DNA of 64,000 nucleotides from Escherichia coli (GTDB lineage Bacteria; Pseudomonadota; Gammaproteobacteria; Enterobacterales; Enterobacteriaceae): NCBI RefSeq assembly GCF_030013205.1, contig NZ_CP122648.1; one strand, 5' to 3'. Shown piece by piece: positions 1 to 11,292 of this stretch (position 1 is its first letter; each line of letters starts with the position of its first letter). The notes under the pieces were generated by a model. It saw only the letters and a program-made list of their open reading frames with translations, ran no database searches and was not told where the DNA came from. The position numbers and the translations under genes were made by a program.

Positions 1-1
1 A

Positions 2-520
<519 letters not shown>

Positions 521-524
521 AGCC

Positions 525-914
525 ATGAAACGTTATTTACGCTGGATTGTGGCGGCAGAATTTCTGTTCGCCGCAGGGAATCTTCACGCCGTTGAGGTAG
601 AAGTCCCGGGATTGTTAACTGACCATACTGTTTCATCTATTGGCCATGATTTTTACCGAGCCTTTAGTGATAAATGGGAAAGTGACTATACGGGTAACTT
701 AACGATTAATGAAAGGCCCAGTGCACGATGGGGAAGCTGGATCACTATAACGGTCAATCAGGACGTTATTTTCCAGACTTTTTTATTCCCGTTGAAAAGA
801 GACTTCGAAAAAACTGTCGTCTTTGCACTGATTCAAACTGAAGAAGCACTAAATCGTCGCCAGATAAATCAGGCGTTATTAAGTACGGGCGATTTGGCGC
901 ATGATGAATTTTAA
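525..914 (+). CDS. csgE: Curli production/assembly component CsgE
   Basis: 129-aa ORF immediately after csgD; expected size and position in csgDEFG operon. Confidence 0.9.
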
Positions 915-938
915 ATAAAAAATTGTTCGGAGGCTGCA

Positions 939-1355
939 ATGCGTGTCAAACATGCAGTAGTTCTACTCATGCTTATTTCGCCTTTAAGTTGGGCTGGAAC
1001 CATGACTTTCCAGTTCCGTAATCCAAACTTTGGTGGCAACCCAAATAATGGCGCTTTTTTATTAAATAGCGCCCAGGCACAAAACTCGTATAAAGATCCG
1101 AGCTATAACGATGACTTTGGTATTGAAACACCCTCAGCGTTAGATAACTTTACTCAGGCCATCCAGTCACAAATTTTAGGTGGGCTACTGTCGAATATTA
1201 ATACCGGCAAACCGGGCCGCATGGTGACCAACGATTATATCGTTGATATTGCTAACCGCGATGGTCAATTGCAGTTGAACGTGACAGATCGTAAAACCGG
1301 ACAAACCTCGACTATCCAGGTTTCGGGTTTACAAAATAACTCAACCGATTTTTAA
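939..1355 (+). CDS. csgF: Curli assembly component CsgF
   Basis: 138-aa ORF with signal-peptide-like N-terminus, position between csgE and csgG. Confidence 0.9.
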
Positions 1356-1381
1356 GCCCCAGCTTCATAAGGAAAATAATC

Positions 1382-2215
1382 ATGCAGCGCTTATTTCTTT
1401 TGGTTGCCGTCATGTTACTGAGCGGATGCTTAACCGCCCCGCCTAAAGAAGCCGCCAGACCGACATTAATGCCTCGTGCTCAGAGCTACAAAGATTTGAC
1501 CCATCTGCCAGCGCCGACGGGCAAGATCTTTGTTTCGGTATACAACATTCAGGACGAAACCGGGCAATTTAAACCCTACCCGGCAAGTAACTTCTCCACT
1601 GCTGTTCCGCAAAGCGCCACGGCAATGCTGGTCACGGCATTGAAAGATTCTCGCTGGTTTATACCGCTGGAGCGCCAGGGCTTACAAAACCTGCTTAACG
1701 AGCGCAAGATTATTCGTGCAGCACAAGAAAACGGCACGGTTGCCATTAATAACCGAATCCCGCTGCAATCTTTAACGGCGGCAAATATCATGGTTGAAGG
1801 TTCGATTATCGGTTATGAAAGCAACGTTAAATCGGGCGGTGTTGGGGCAAGATATTTTGGGATCGGTGCCGACACGCAATACCAGCTCGATCAGATTGCC
1901 GTGAACCTGCGCGTCGTCAATGTGAGTACCGGTGAGATCCTCTCCTCGGTGAACACCAGTAAGACGATACTTTCCTATGAAGTTCAGGCCGGGGTTTTCC
2001 GCTTTATTGACTACCAGCGCTTGCTGGAAGGGGAAGTGGGTTACACCTCGAACGAACCCGTGATGCTGTGCCTGATGTCGGCTATCGAAACAGGGGTCAT
2101 TTTCCTGATTAATGATGGTATCGACCGTGGTCTGTGGGATTTGCAAAATAAAGCAGAACGGCAGAATGACATTCTGGTGAAATACCGCCATATGTCGGTT
2201 CCACCGGAATCCTGA
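1382..2215 (+). CDS. csgG: Curli secretion channel lipoprotein CsgG
   Basis: 277-aa ORF with lipoprotein signal (LLSGC), expected size/position. Confidence 0.9.
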   Translation: MQRLFLLVAVMLLSGCLTAPPKEAARPTLMPRAQSYKDLTHLPAPTGKIFVSVYNIQDETGQFKPYPASNFSTAVPQSATAMLVTALKDSRWFIPLERQGLQNLLNERKIIRAAQENGTVAINNRIPLQSLTAANIMVEGSIIGYESNVKSGGVGARYFGIGADTQYQLDQIAVNLRVVNVSTGEILSSVNTSKTILSYEVQAGVFRFIDYQRLLEGEVGYTSNEPVMLCLMSAIETGVIFLINDGIDRGLWDLQNKAERQNDILVKYRHMSVPPES

Positions 2216-2226
2216 TAGATAAAAAT

Positions 2227-2254
2227 GCCGGAATTAATAATCCGGCATTTTACT
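2227..2254 (+). terminator. Hairpin after csgG (atgccgga-ttaataa-tccggcat followed by T-rich tract)
   Basis: Inverted repeat directly 3' of csgG stop, seen in sequence. Confidence 0.5.
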
Positions 2255-2279
2255 GTTTAAGCGAAAGCGTGAGTGCCCC

Positions 2280-2771
2280 TCACGCTTTATTTTTGATTTG
2301 CTGCTCACGGTGAGCGGTCTTCGTACTACGCGCCGCCAGCCACAGGCCGCTGTTTTTCATTGCGTAACCAAATATCAACCCGAGCCCCAGCGAAGGTAAC
2401 ACCAGTTTCCAGTCACCCTGCCCGGCAAACGTCGCGCATGCGCCTATAAACGTTCCCGGAACAAATGAAAGCAGCAGCTGTTTGGCCTGAATACACATCA
2501 GAAACGCGACAATACCGGTTATGACATAACCGAGAATTTCCAGATGTGGAGCCAGTGCACTACCGTAAATAATGACCATCGCCCACACCACGCCACTAAG
2601 CAGGGTTGCAGCGGAGATCGCCAGCCCTTTCAGCCCACCTTGCGGGCAGGCAAAGTAGGCCGTACAGCCCAGGAAGCCCGCCCAGCTTAGTAAGCCCAGG
2701 GAAACAGCCACCCATCCCCAGATACCAGAGAGAATGCCTGTTGTGATTGCAATAGAGAGAAGTATGTTCAT
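2280..2771 (-). CDS. ycdZ: Inner membrane protein YcdZ (DUF1097)
   Basis: Hydrophobic ORF; start placed at MNILLSIAITTG to give the ~163-aa product expected for YcdZ; ORF track extends further 5'. Confidence 0.8.
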   Translation of the reverse strand: MNILLSIAITTGILSGIWGWVAVSLGLLSWAGFLGCTAYFACPQGGLKGLAISAATLLSGVVWAMVIIYGSALAPHLEILGYVITGIVAFLMCIQAKQLLLSFVPGTFIGACATFAGQGDWKLVLPSLGLGLIFGYAMKNSGLWLAARSTKTAHREQQIKNKA

Positions 2772-2872
2772 GCCGCGCATGATAGCAGAAAACGCGGCCA
2801 TGAATGAGATCGAGCACACATTTTATGCAACAACAAATTATCTGTTGCAGTTATGAGTGATGCAGATCACAT

Positions 2873-3427
2873 TTACTCTTCAGAATCTTCTTCCAGCTCG
2901 TCCCACATTGCACTAATGGCATCGCGGGTTAGCGGTGCCATGGTGCGCCAGAAAGGCGTGGTTGCATGGGCCTCCACTTTGCCAAGGAACGCACCACACC
3001 AGGGTAACAGATACTCACTGAACAGTGTTTCCAGTGCTTCGCTCTCATCTTCCGTTGACTGATCTTCCAGCCAGGAAGCCGCGAGCAGCAATGTGCCGAT
3101 GTGATCGGCTGGCGTATCCGCTAATGGCATCCCCCGTTCGGAAAGAAAAGCGCGCACTTCCGCTTCCGTCGCGCCCTCAACCCATGCGCTACGATATGGC
3201 GGCATAGCACATTCATCGCCGATAAACAACGCATTGTAATCGGCAGAGACTTGCGTCATATCACAGCTTTTCTGCAAACGTGTCAGCAACTCATCCTGCT
3301 CCAGTGGCCAGTTCGCAGCCAGTTTCCCCTCACGAATCAGGGTAAACAGCGGCACCAGTAAAGGATCTTGCGGTTGGCGGTAATAGAGCGAACCCAGCAC
3401 ACGACAGAGGATAGAAAACTCGTTCAT
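2873..3427 (-). CDS. ycdY: Chaperone YcdY (TorD family)
   Basis: 184-aa ORF, conserved position beside ycdX. Confidence 0.8.
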   Translation of the reverse strand: MNEFSILCRVLGSLYYRQPQDPLLVPLFTLIREGKLAANWPLEQDELLTRLQKSCDMTQVSADYNALFIGDECAMPPYRSAWVEGATEAEVRAFLSERGMPLADTPADHIGTLLLAASWLEDQSTEDESEALETLFSEYLLPWCGAFLGKVEAHATTPFWRTMAPLTRDAISAMWDELEEDSEE

Positions 3428-3450
3428 TAATATATTTCCATTACTAGTAA

Positions 3451-4188
3451 TTAAAGGTCTGCAAATTCCGCAATCGGTGCCATACCGCGAGATTCAAGGA
3501 AGTTCAGTAAGCGGCGCGGAGAAACATTCAAAATGCGCTCTGGCGGAAAATCTACCGCGTCGAGGATTTTAAGACACTCTTCAAATTCACCCATGGTAAA
3601 CGCGGTGTGAGAATCCGAGCCTAATGCCACCCAACCTCCAGCGTCACGTACCGCTGCGGCTACCGCACGACAGTTGTCTTCACTGCCCTTACGTGAGTGT
3701 AAAAATGAGGAATTATTGATTTCCAGCGCCACCTGATGTTTCGCAGCTGCTTCAGCAACGGCTTTAACATCTATTTCATATTTCGGATTTCCGGGATGGC
3801 TTATTATATGCACATTGCCGCTGGCGATAGTGGCGATCATCGCTTGCGTATTGGTCGCTTTGTCATGCGGCGCAAACACCGGCTCATGAAAACCGGCAAT
3901 AATCAGATCCAGCGAATCAAACATTTTGCCACTGCAGTCAATTTCACCGTCAACATTTTTAATGTTAGCTTCGATGCCGCGCAGGATCCCTACTCCATCA
4001 ACCACTCGCGGCCAGATACGCATGTTAATGAAGTGCCAGTGATGAGGCGCATCTTCCATATCCGGGCCATGATCGGTGATAGCAAAAAGTTTAATGCCCT
4101 TTTGTTTGGCCTGGGCAATGTAATCACTCAATGTGCTATATGCATGCGTGCTGGCAACGGTATGCATATGAAGGTCGACGGGATACAT
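3451..4188 (-). CDS. ycdX: PHP-domain zinc phosphatase YcdX
   Basis: 245-aa ORF beginning [17 protein letters not shown] (PHP-domain metal-binding His motif). Confidence 0.85.
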
Positions 4189-4242
4189 AACTCTCTCCTG
4201 TATTCAATTCCCGCCAAGGATAGCAGGAAACCAGATGCTTTA

Positions 4243-5220
<978 letters not shown>

Positions 5221-5414
5221 TTATCGTTATGATCTACAAAGGCCACCAGCATAACAAATCCGTGGTCGGTGGCAAAAAAAGCAGATTTCGCTTATTAAAA
5301 CTGCATATTGATTGAAGTTTGAATAAACGCGCGATTTTTTAAAAAAGTTTGTTGACCTCAGGTCATGATTTCCCTAAATTAGCGCCCGTTCCAGCAAGAC
5401 AGGAACAACAATTT

Positions 5415-5502
5415 GGTGAGGTGTCCGAGTGGCTGAAGGAGCACGCCTGGAAAGTGTGTATACGGCAACGTATCGGGGGTTCGAATCCCCCCCTCACCGC
5501 CA
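5415..5502 (+). tRNA. serX: tRNA-Ser (88 nt, long variable arm, CCA-encoded); serX/serW-type
   Basis: GGTGAGGTGTCCGAGTGGCTGAAGGAGCACGCCTGGAAAGTGTGTATACGGCAACGTATCGGGGGTTCGAATCCCCCCCTCACCGCCA read directly; GGA anticodon in anticodon loop. Confidence 0.9.
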
Positions 5503-5508
5503 GATTAC

Positions 5509-5541
5509 AAGCGCATGTTATTGTTTAACATGCGCTTTTTT
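5509..5541 (+). terminator. Rho-independent terminator after tRNA-Ser (12-bp stem aagcgcatgtta/taacatgcgctt + T-run)
   Basis: Perfect inverted repeat followed by TTTTTT, seen in sequence. Confidence 0.7.
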
Positions 5542-5651
5542 ATTTGTCCTTCCGGACAGTATGCCATCGGGTATGCCATCTGAAACCGGTTTATATGCCC
5601 CACGATCATATCTTATCGGACAATTTCCGATCTTTGAGCATACTGGCAAAG

Positions 5652-6002
5652 CTATACTGCCAGCATGTCAGGATAGTGTTTTGCGATAATATCATTCAGT
5701 CTGTCAACCAGTTCTGGTTTTCTGAACGTGATATGCGCGGAGCCCTTCTTAAAGTATCTGATGCTGAACATCTCATCTTCATAGTCCTCTTTACCCTGAA
5801 CAGACTGGATGTGGTCATCCAGATGAATGGTGATGTTTTCCCGGTTGTCGGGGATCGGTTTGCCGCTGAACAGATAATCGTTATCGCAGACCACGTTAAT
5901 CAGTTCAGCAAGAGTAACACCATCGACGTCAGCGACAATGCGCCCCATGTTCAGTGCCTGCACGTTAATGCTGTCGGCTTCCAGCGTCAGGGCCAGTTTC
6001 AT
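5652..6002 (-). CDS. YeeW-like hypothetical protein (gene downstream of CbtA-family toxin in CP4-type islands)
   Basis: 116-aa ORF overlapping the toxin stop by 4 bp (ATGA), position as in CP4-44 yeeUVW cluster. Confidence 0.6.
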   Translation of the reverse strand: MKLALTLEADSINVQALNMGRIVADVDGVTLAELINVVCDNDYLFSGKPIPDNRENITIHLDDHIQSVQGKEDYEDEMFSIRYFKKGSAHITFRKPELVDRLNDIIAKHYPDMLAV

Positions 6003-6376
6003 TGTTTCGCCCCCGGATGTTTACCCAGGGTAATGTTATTTACCGTTCTGTAATTGTCGCGGGTCATCAGGCCTGTCGCCCGGCGGGCCCGGAGGATATC
6101 GATGCTGTTTATTAACTGAGAGTGGGTACAGGCGCTGAATCCCGGCTGGTCGGTACGCACCAGTGCGTATTTTTCCACGAGAAAGTTCACCGCATCACAC
6201 AGTGAAATGCCAGCTTCAATATGCTGCTCAATCACACGTTCATCGGCAAACGGTGTGTTATTCAGTGTGAGGCCGTAGTGCTGGTCCAGCAGTCGGGACA
6301 GCAGTATCTGCCAGATTTCAACAGGAGACGGGCGAGAACTGGCCGCCTGCCCGGGTAATACAGGTAATGTTTTCAT
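5999..6376 (-). CDS. CbtA/YeeV-family type IV toxin (cytoskeleton-targeting)
   Basis: 125-aa ORF MKTLPVLPGQAASSRPSPVEIWQILLSRLLDQHYGLTLN..., matching the YeeV/YkfI/YpjF family as recalled; paralogue not resolvable. Confidence 0.85.
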   Translation of the reverse strand: MKTLPVLPGQAASSRPSPVEIWQILLSRLLDQHYGLTLNNTPFADERVIEQHIEAGISLCDAVNFLVEKYALVRTDQPGFSACTHSQLINSIDILRARRATGLMTRDNYRTVNNITLGKHPGAKQ

Positions 6377-6464
6377 ACTGAAGATTTTCCTGATATGCAG
6401 ATATAAAAATGGGAAAGTGGCGTGGTGAAAACACCAGGCCGTAGCAGAAGGCTATTCGGGAGAG

Positions 6465-6833
6465 TTAATTTTTCATTTTGGGCGTCGGATAAACAGCCAG
6501 ATAAACGTAACCACAACTGCTGAGGGTATCGGCTTTGCAGGTCAGCCCTCTGGCATACAGCGTGACGGTATGCTGATGGCGGGGATTCAGTTCACCGCTG
6601 GTGAGCATGAGCTCCAGTTGTTTCATCAGCAGCGGAAAGGCCTGGTCCAGATGGTACGCATCCGCGTCGCTGAACCGGCCTCTGATACCGGCGCGGTCGG
6701 CAAGGTAATGCAACTGATTGCCCTCCTGCACCAGACGGGCGCCGAAACAGGGCGTCACGGTGCAGGGTAGTCCCCACCAGGGACGGTCATGATTGTCATC
6801 GGGATGCGTTGTCCCGGAGAGTGTGTCTGACAC
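6465..6833 (-). CDS. CbeA/YeeU-family type IV antitoxin
   Basis: Conserved PDDNHDRPWWGLPCTVTPCFGARLVQEG...; start set at a GTG (6831-6833 on minus) preceded by GAGGA, giving ~122 aa as in YeeU; ORF track shows a longer upstream extension. Confidence 0.8.
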   Translation of the reverse strand: MSDTLSGTTHPDDNHDRPWWGLPCTVTPCFGARLVQEGNQLHYLADRAGIRGRFSDADAYHLDQAFPLLMKQLELMLTSGELNPRHQHTVTLYARGLTCKADTLSSCGYVYLAVYPTPKMKN

Positions 6834-6882
6834 GATAAAATCCTCACAGAAAATCGGTGAATGATAGTTTAACGATGACGAG

Positions 6883-7413
6883 TCAGCCGGCGCGCAGACC
6901 GGCTTCGGTGAAGGTGTATTCGTTGATGAGTAGGGCCTCATCCACAGCGGCGTCTGAGGTCAGCCAGTCGTACTCGTTTTCCAGTTGACGGTACAACCAG
7001 AAGGCCAGGTCGCGCAGGGCTTCACTGACTGCGGCTTCCGCATCGGTTGTCATAGTCTGACCAGTCGGACTGTTCCTGGTAACAGTGATACCGTTCATGG
7101 CACTGAACAGTACCCATGTTTCGTCATCATCGTCATCCGGTTCGGGTGCCATAAATGCCCCGCCGTTGTTCAGGGTGTACAGATTCCAGATACCACCACA
7201 GTAGTCTTCGCACAGACGATCCATCCAGCCGAAGACACGGGGCTCCAGGGTCACCCACTGTGGAATGAGGCCAAAATGCTGCGGCCAGAAGCTGATGCGC
7301 TGTTCATCAGGGACGAGGGTGGCAACCAGTTGAGGCGGGTTATTCTCTGATACAGCGGTTAACGGTGGTGAAATCCGCCAGACCACCTTCCTTGATAATC
7401 TGCCAGCCGTCAC
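6883..7413 (-). CDS. Antirestriction protein (ArdB/KlcA/YfjX family), N-terminus chimeric with flu-derived sequence
   Basis: Core VPDEQRISFWPQHFGLIPQWVTLEPRVFGWMDRLCEDYCGGIWNLYTLNNGGAFMAPEP is the family signature; first ~18 codons of the ORF overlap the flu fragment in another frame. Confidence 0.6.
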   Translation of the reverse strand: MTAGRLSRKVVWRISPPLTAVSENNPPQLVATLVPDEQRISFWPQHFGLIPQWVTLEPRVFGWMDRLCEDYCGGIWNLYTLNNGGAFMAPEPDDDDDETWVLFSAMNGITVTRNSPTGQTMTTDAEAAVSEALRDLAFWLYRQLENEYDWLTSDAAVDEALLINEYTFTEAGLRAG

Positions 7414-8227
7414 TGTTTACAACAGTGCCAGACGCCGTACCGCCGTTGTGCACATACTGGTACCCCCCATTCAGCGTGGTATCCAGTGCGTGACCATGTA
7501 CAGTCTGGTCGCCGCCGGCATAAACCACAGTGGTATTTGCCGTTCCTTCAGCAGCCACAATCTGACGACCATTTTTATTGATGGTGGTGCGTACGGCATC
7601 TCCGTAGACGGTCTGCCCGGTATCACCATTTTCTGCATCCGGTCCCCCTTCCGCGCCGGTATTCACAACCGTGTCGGTTGCCATTGCGCCGGATTTGACG
7701 GCCTGCCAGCCCTTCTCATTAATGACGGTACCCGTTGCAATCCCGCCTTCATGTACCCACTGCTCACCGCCGTTCAGAGTGGTATTCACTGCCTGCCCCT
7801 GAAGGCTCTGTCCGCCTCCGGCACTGATAACCGTGTCTGAAACGCTTCCTCCGGCATTCACTCCCTGAAGACCACCACCGGTGACAGTAGTGTTGTTGGC
7901 GATACCGCCATTTTGTATCCATTGCCCGCCGGTATTGGCCTCGTTATCCGGCCCATACTCCAGCCCGGTACTGATGGTCATTCCGTTGGTCGTGCCGAAG
8001 ACAATCTGGTTGTCATGATTTTTCAGTGTTCCGCCGTTCACGGTTTCTCCCGCCTGTACAACCGTGTCAGCAGCCAGTGCCGGGACTGACGTGACAGCAG
8101 CAAGAGACAGCGCAACCGCCACACCGGTGCGTTTTCCCCGTGAGCGGGCCAGTTCGGAAGCCACCACCAGGGTGCCCGTAATGTGATTCCATACCAGCCT
8201 GTAGCTGGTGTTCAGATGTCGTTTCAT
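7340..8227 (-). pseudogene. flu: Antigen 43 (Flu) autotransporter, 5' fragment only (~295 codons of a >1000-codon gene)
   Basis: MKRHLNTSYRLVWNHITGTLVVASELARSRGKRTGVAVALSLAAV... matches Ag43 N-terminus; homology stops near 7358 and the frame ends at 7340. Confidence 0.85.
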
Positions 8228-8439
8228 CAGCTTTTCCTTACAGAGGGTGAATAAAAAAGCCGGTACCCACAAATGTGGATACCGGCAGGTACAAAACAGC
8301 ATGGTCAGATAAAGTGGTTTTTCCCGGACATAAATGCTTCCCCTCTCTCATCCGCCAGAGAAGTATCAGTCCGTTGTGTGCAATTCCGTTCTGCATGATG
8401 AAGAGATTCAGCTGCCTTTTCGCAGGCCATTAATCACTA

Positions 8440-8485
8440 TAAACGATCGATGACAACGATCGATACCTGTTTTATCGATCGTTTT
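8440..8485 (-). promoter_or_regulatory. agn43-type phase-variation switch: three GATC (Dam) sites within the OxyR-binding region
   Basis: GATC at 8445, 8458 and 8477 in aaacGATCgatgacaacGATCgatacctgttttatcGATCg, upstream of the flu start. Confidence 0.7.
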
Positions 8486-8599
8486 ATTCTATTAATAGCG
8501 AGGCGGTCACGCAAGAGAAACAGGAGGGGGATGAGGTGTTTGTGTCATGTTTTCAGTTTGTTAACGCAATGTAATCAGGCATTTCCCCTGGCAGACTGT

Positions 8600-9472
8600 T
8601 CAGAAGAAAATCCAGTTCCATACAGCGCGGGCAACAGAGACCACCGTGTCACGGACGGCACGCAGAACCGTACGAGCCACAGAGGCAACACAGACGCTCT
8701 CCGCCGTGTCAAATATCCGGTCCACCGCACCGGTAAACTGTTCACGGGCCTGCCCCCGGACAGATTCCGTGCACAGCTCGTCCTGCAGGCGGGTCATCAG
8801 GGGACTGGCGGCATGGTCGGGAAGTGCTGTCATGAGCGCGCTGACCAGCGTATCCAGTTCCCAGCCGGTGCGGGCCGATACGGCCACAACCGGATGTACG
8901 GGCCGGAACAGACGGAATACCGCCTCCGTTTTTTCGCGAATGTTCTGTGCCTGTGCGGGAGAAGGCTGAATACCGGCCATATCCCATTCATGGCAGGGCT
9001 CCGTTTTATCGGCCTGCGTCACCACAAACAGTACCCGCTGATGTCCCCGGTGCAGGATGTGTCGCCAGAAATACTCATCCACAGACAGGGCACGGTCATC
9101 GGCTTTAATCAGCCACAGTACCAGGTCAAGTTCAGGCAGAATGTCACGGTACAGGGCTTCATACTCTGCATCCCTGTCCCGGCTCTCGCCCACCCCGGGC
9201 AGGTCAGTGATAATCATGCTGTGACCGTGGCCACTCAGACGGAAGCGCCGCACTTCCCGGGTGCCGGCGTGAACATCACTGACCGGGGTGACCTCCCCCT
9301 GAAACAGTGCATTACAGAGTGAGGATTTACCGGCCCCGCTTTTACCCATAATGCCAATCACGGGTTCGTGACTGGTGAGTTTGCGCAGATGTTCCAGGAT
9401 GTGACGGGAAAGTGAGTAAGGCAGGGAGGAGAGCGGTTTTTCAATTGCCTCAATGGCATCAGACGGATTCAT
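8600..9472 (-). CDS. YeeP/YkfA/YfjP-family GTPase (CP4-type island protein)
   Basis: P-loop GKSGAGKSS plus DLPG motif; start placed at MNPSDAIEAI; located upstream of flu as yeeP is in CP4-44. Confidence 0.8.
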   Translation of the reverse strand: MNPSDAIEAIEKPLSSLPYSLSRHILEHLRKLTSHEPVIGIMGKSGAGKSSLCNALFQGEVTPVSDVHAGTREVRRFRLSGHGHSMIITDLPGVGESRDRDAEYEALYRDILPELDLVLWLIKADDRALSVDEYFWRHILHRGHQRVLFVVTQADKTEPCHEWDMAGIQPSPAQAQNIREKTEAVFRLFRPVHPVVAVSARTGWELDTLVSALMTALPDHAASPLMTRLQDELCTESVRGQAREQFTGAVDRIFDTAESVCVASVARTVLRAVRDTVVSVARAVWNWIFF

Positions 9473-9735
9473 ACATGTATTCCCGGTGAAAAAAGACAAA
9501 ACCCCGCGCACCGGAAAGGTGGCGGGGGATTCACGGAGATAATATCTGTCTGAAATTATTTAGAATGCACCTGGTGCACTGCAAAGGAAAGGCAATATTC
9601 CGTTCCTCCTCCTTGTCGTGAATACCCCAGGTATCTCACAATGTACACCGACTTACTCCGGGGCTGCCTGAACCACAAGATTGCTGTAGAATTGCCCCCA
9701 ATGATTCAGGTCCAAACCAGGAAAATGGATTAAAA

Positions 9736-11292
9736 ATGACAAGTATTCAACAACGAGCAGAACTGCACCGCCAGATATGGCAAATTGCCAATGATGTCAG
9801 AGGTTCTGTTGACGGATGGGATTTTAAGCAATACGTTCTGGGCGCACTTTTCTACCGTTTTATCAGCGAAAATTTTTCCAGTTATATTGAAGCCGGTGAT
9901 GACAGCATCTGTTATGCGAAACTGGATGACAGCGTAATTACTGATGACATTAAAGACGATGCCATCAAAACCAAAGGCTACTTCATCTACCCAAGTCAGC
10001 TTTTCTGCAACGTAGCTGCGAAAGCAAATACCAATGACAGACTGAATGCAGATTTAAACAGCATCTTCGTTGCTATCGAAAGTTCTGCTTACGGCTACCC
10101 TTCAGAAGCAGACATCAAAGGTTTGTTTGCTGATTTCGATACCACCAGTAACCGCCTGGGTAACACCGTTAAAGATAAAAATGCCCGCCTGGCTGCGGTT
10201 CTGAAAGGGGTTGAAGGGTTAAAACTTGGTGACTTCAACGAACATCAGATTGACCTGTTCGGTGATGCCTATGAGTTCCTGATTTCTAACTATGCCGCGA
10301 ATGCCGGTAAGTCCGGCGGCGAGTTCTTTACACCGCAGCACGTCTCTAAGCTGATTGCACAACTGGCTATGCACGGGCAGACCCACGTTAACAAAATATA
10401 CGACCCGGCAGCAGGTTCCGGTTCGCTGTTGTTGCAGGCTAAAAAACAGTTCGATGACCACATCATCGAAGAAGGCTTTTTCGGTCAGGAAATCAACCAT
10501 ACGACCTATAACCTGGCGCGTATGAACATGTTTTTGCACAACATCAACTACGACAAGTTTGATATCAAGCTGGGCAATACGCTGACTGAGCCGCACTTCA
10601 GAGATGAAAAACCGTTTGATGCCATCGTTTCTAACCCGCCGTATTCGGTGAAATGGATTGGCAGCGATGACCCGACGCTGATTAACGATGAACGTTTTGC
10701 CCCGGCTGGCGTTCTGGCCCCCAAATCCAAAGCTGACTTTGCGTTTGTATTACATGCGCTGAACTATCTTTCTGCCAAAGGTCGTGCTGCGATTGTTTGC
10801 TTCCCGGGTATTTTTTACCGTGGCGGCGCGGAGCAGAAAATCCGTCAGTATCTGGTTGATAATAACTATGTCGAAACCGTGATTTCACTGGCACCGAATC
10901 TGTTCTTTGGCACCACCATTGCCGTAAACATTCTGGTGCTGTCTAAACATAAAACGGATACCAAAGTTCAGTTTATTGATGCCAGCGAACTGTTCAAAAA
11001 AGAGACTAACAACAACATTCTGACCGATGCCCATATAGAAAAAATTATGCAGGTATTTGCCAGCAAGGAAGATGTTGCTCATCTGGCGAAATCTGTCGCG
11101 TTTGAAGCCGTTGTCGCGAATGACTATAACCTGTCAGTGAGCAGCTATGTGGAAGCGAAAGATAACCGCGAAATTATCGATATTGCTGAGCTGAATGCAG
11201 AACTGAAAACTACGGTTAGCAAAATCGACCAGTTGCGTAAAGATATTGATGCGATTGTGGCTGAAATTGAAGGCTGCGAGGTGCAAAAATGA
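9736..11292 (+). CDS. hsdM: Type I restriction-modification system, DNA methyltransferase subunit M (type IC-like)
   Basis: 518 aa; SAM motif [10 protein letters not shown] and catalytic NPPY; overlaps hsdS start (ATGA). Confidence 0.9.
   Translation: MTSIQQRAELHRQIWQIANDVRGSVDGWDFKQYVLGALFYRFISENFSSYIEAGDDSICYAKLDDSVITDDIKDDAIKTKGYFIYPSQLFCNVAAKANTNDRLNADLNSIFVAIESSAYGYPSEADIKGLFADFDTTSNRLGNTVKDKNARLAAVLKGVEGLKLGDFNEHQIDLFGDAYEFLISNYAANAGKSGGEFFTPQHVSKLIAQLAMHGQTHVNKIYDPAAGSGSLLLQAKKQFDDHIIEEGFFGQEINHTTYNLARMNMFLHNINYDKFDIKLGNTLTEPHFRDEKPFDAIVSNPPYSVKWIGSDDPTLINDERFAPAGVLAPKSKADFAFVLHALNYLSAKGRAAIVCFPGIFYRGGAEQKIRQYLVDNNYVETVISLAPNLFFGTTIAVNILVLSKHKTDTKVQFIDASELFKKETNNNILTDAHIEKIMQVFASKEDVAHLAKSVAFEAVVANDYNLSVSSYVEAKDNREIIDIAELNAELKTTVSKIDQLRKDIDAIVAEIEGCEVQK

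Noticed and set aside
5544-6053. 169-aa plus-strand ORF next to tRNA-Ser
   Set aside because: Antisense to the YeeW-like and CbtA-family genes, which have clear family matches; likely non-coding.
8450-9322. 290-aa plus-strand ORF
   Set aside because: Lies antisense to and almost entirely within the YeeP-type GTPase gene and spans the agn43 switch region; no recognisable motifs; taken as a spurious overlapping ORF.
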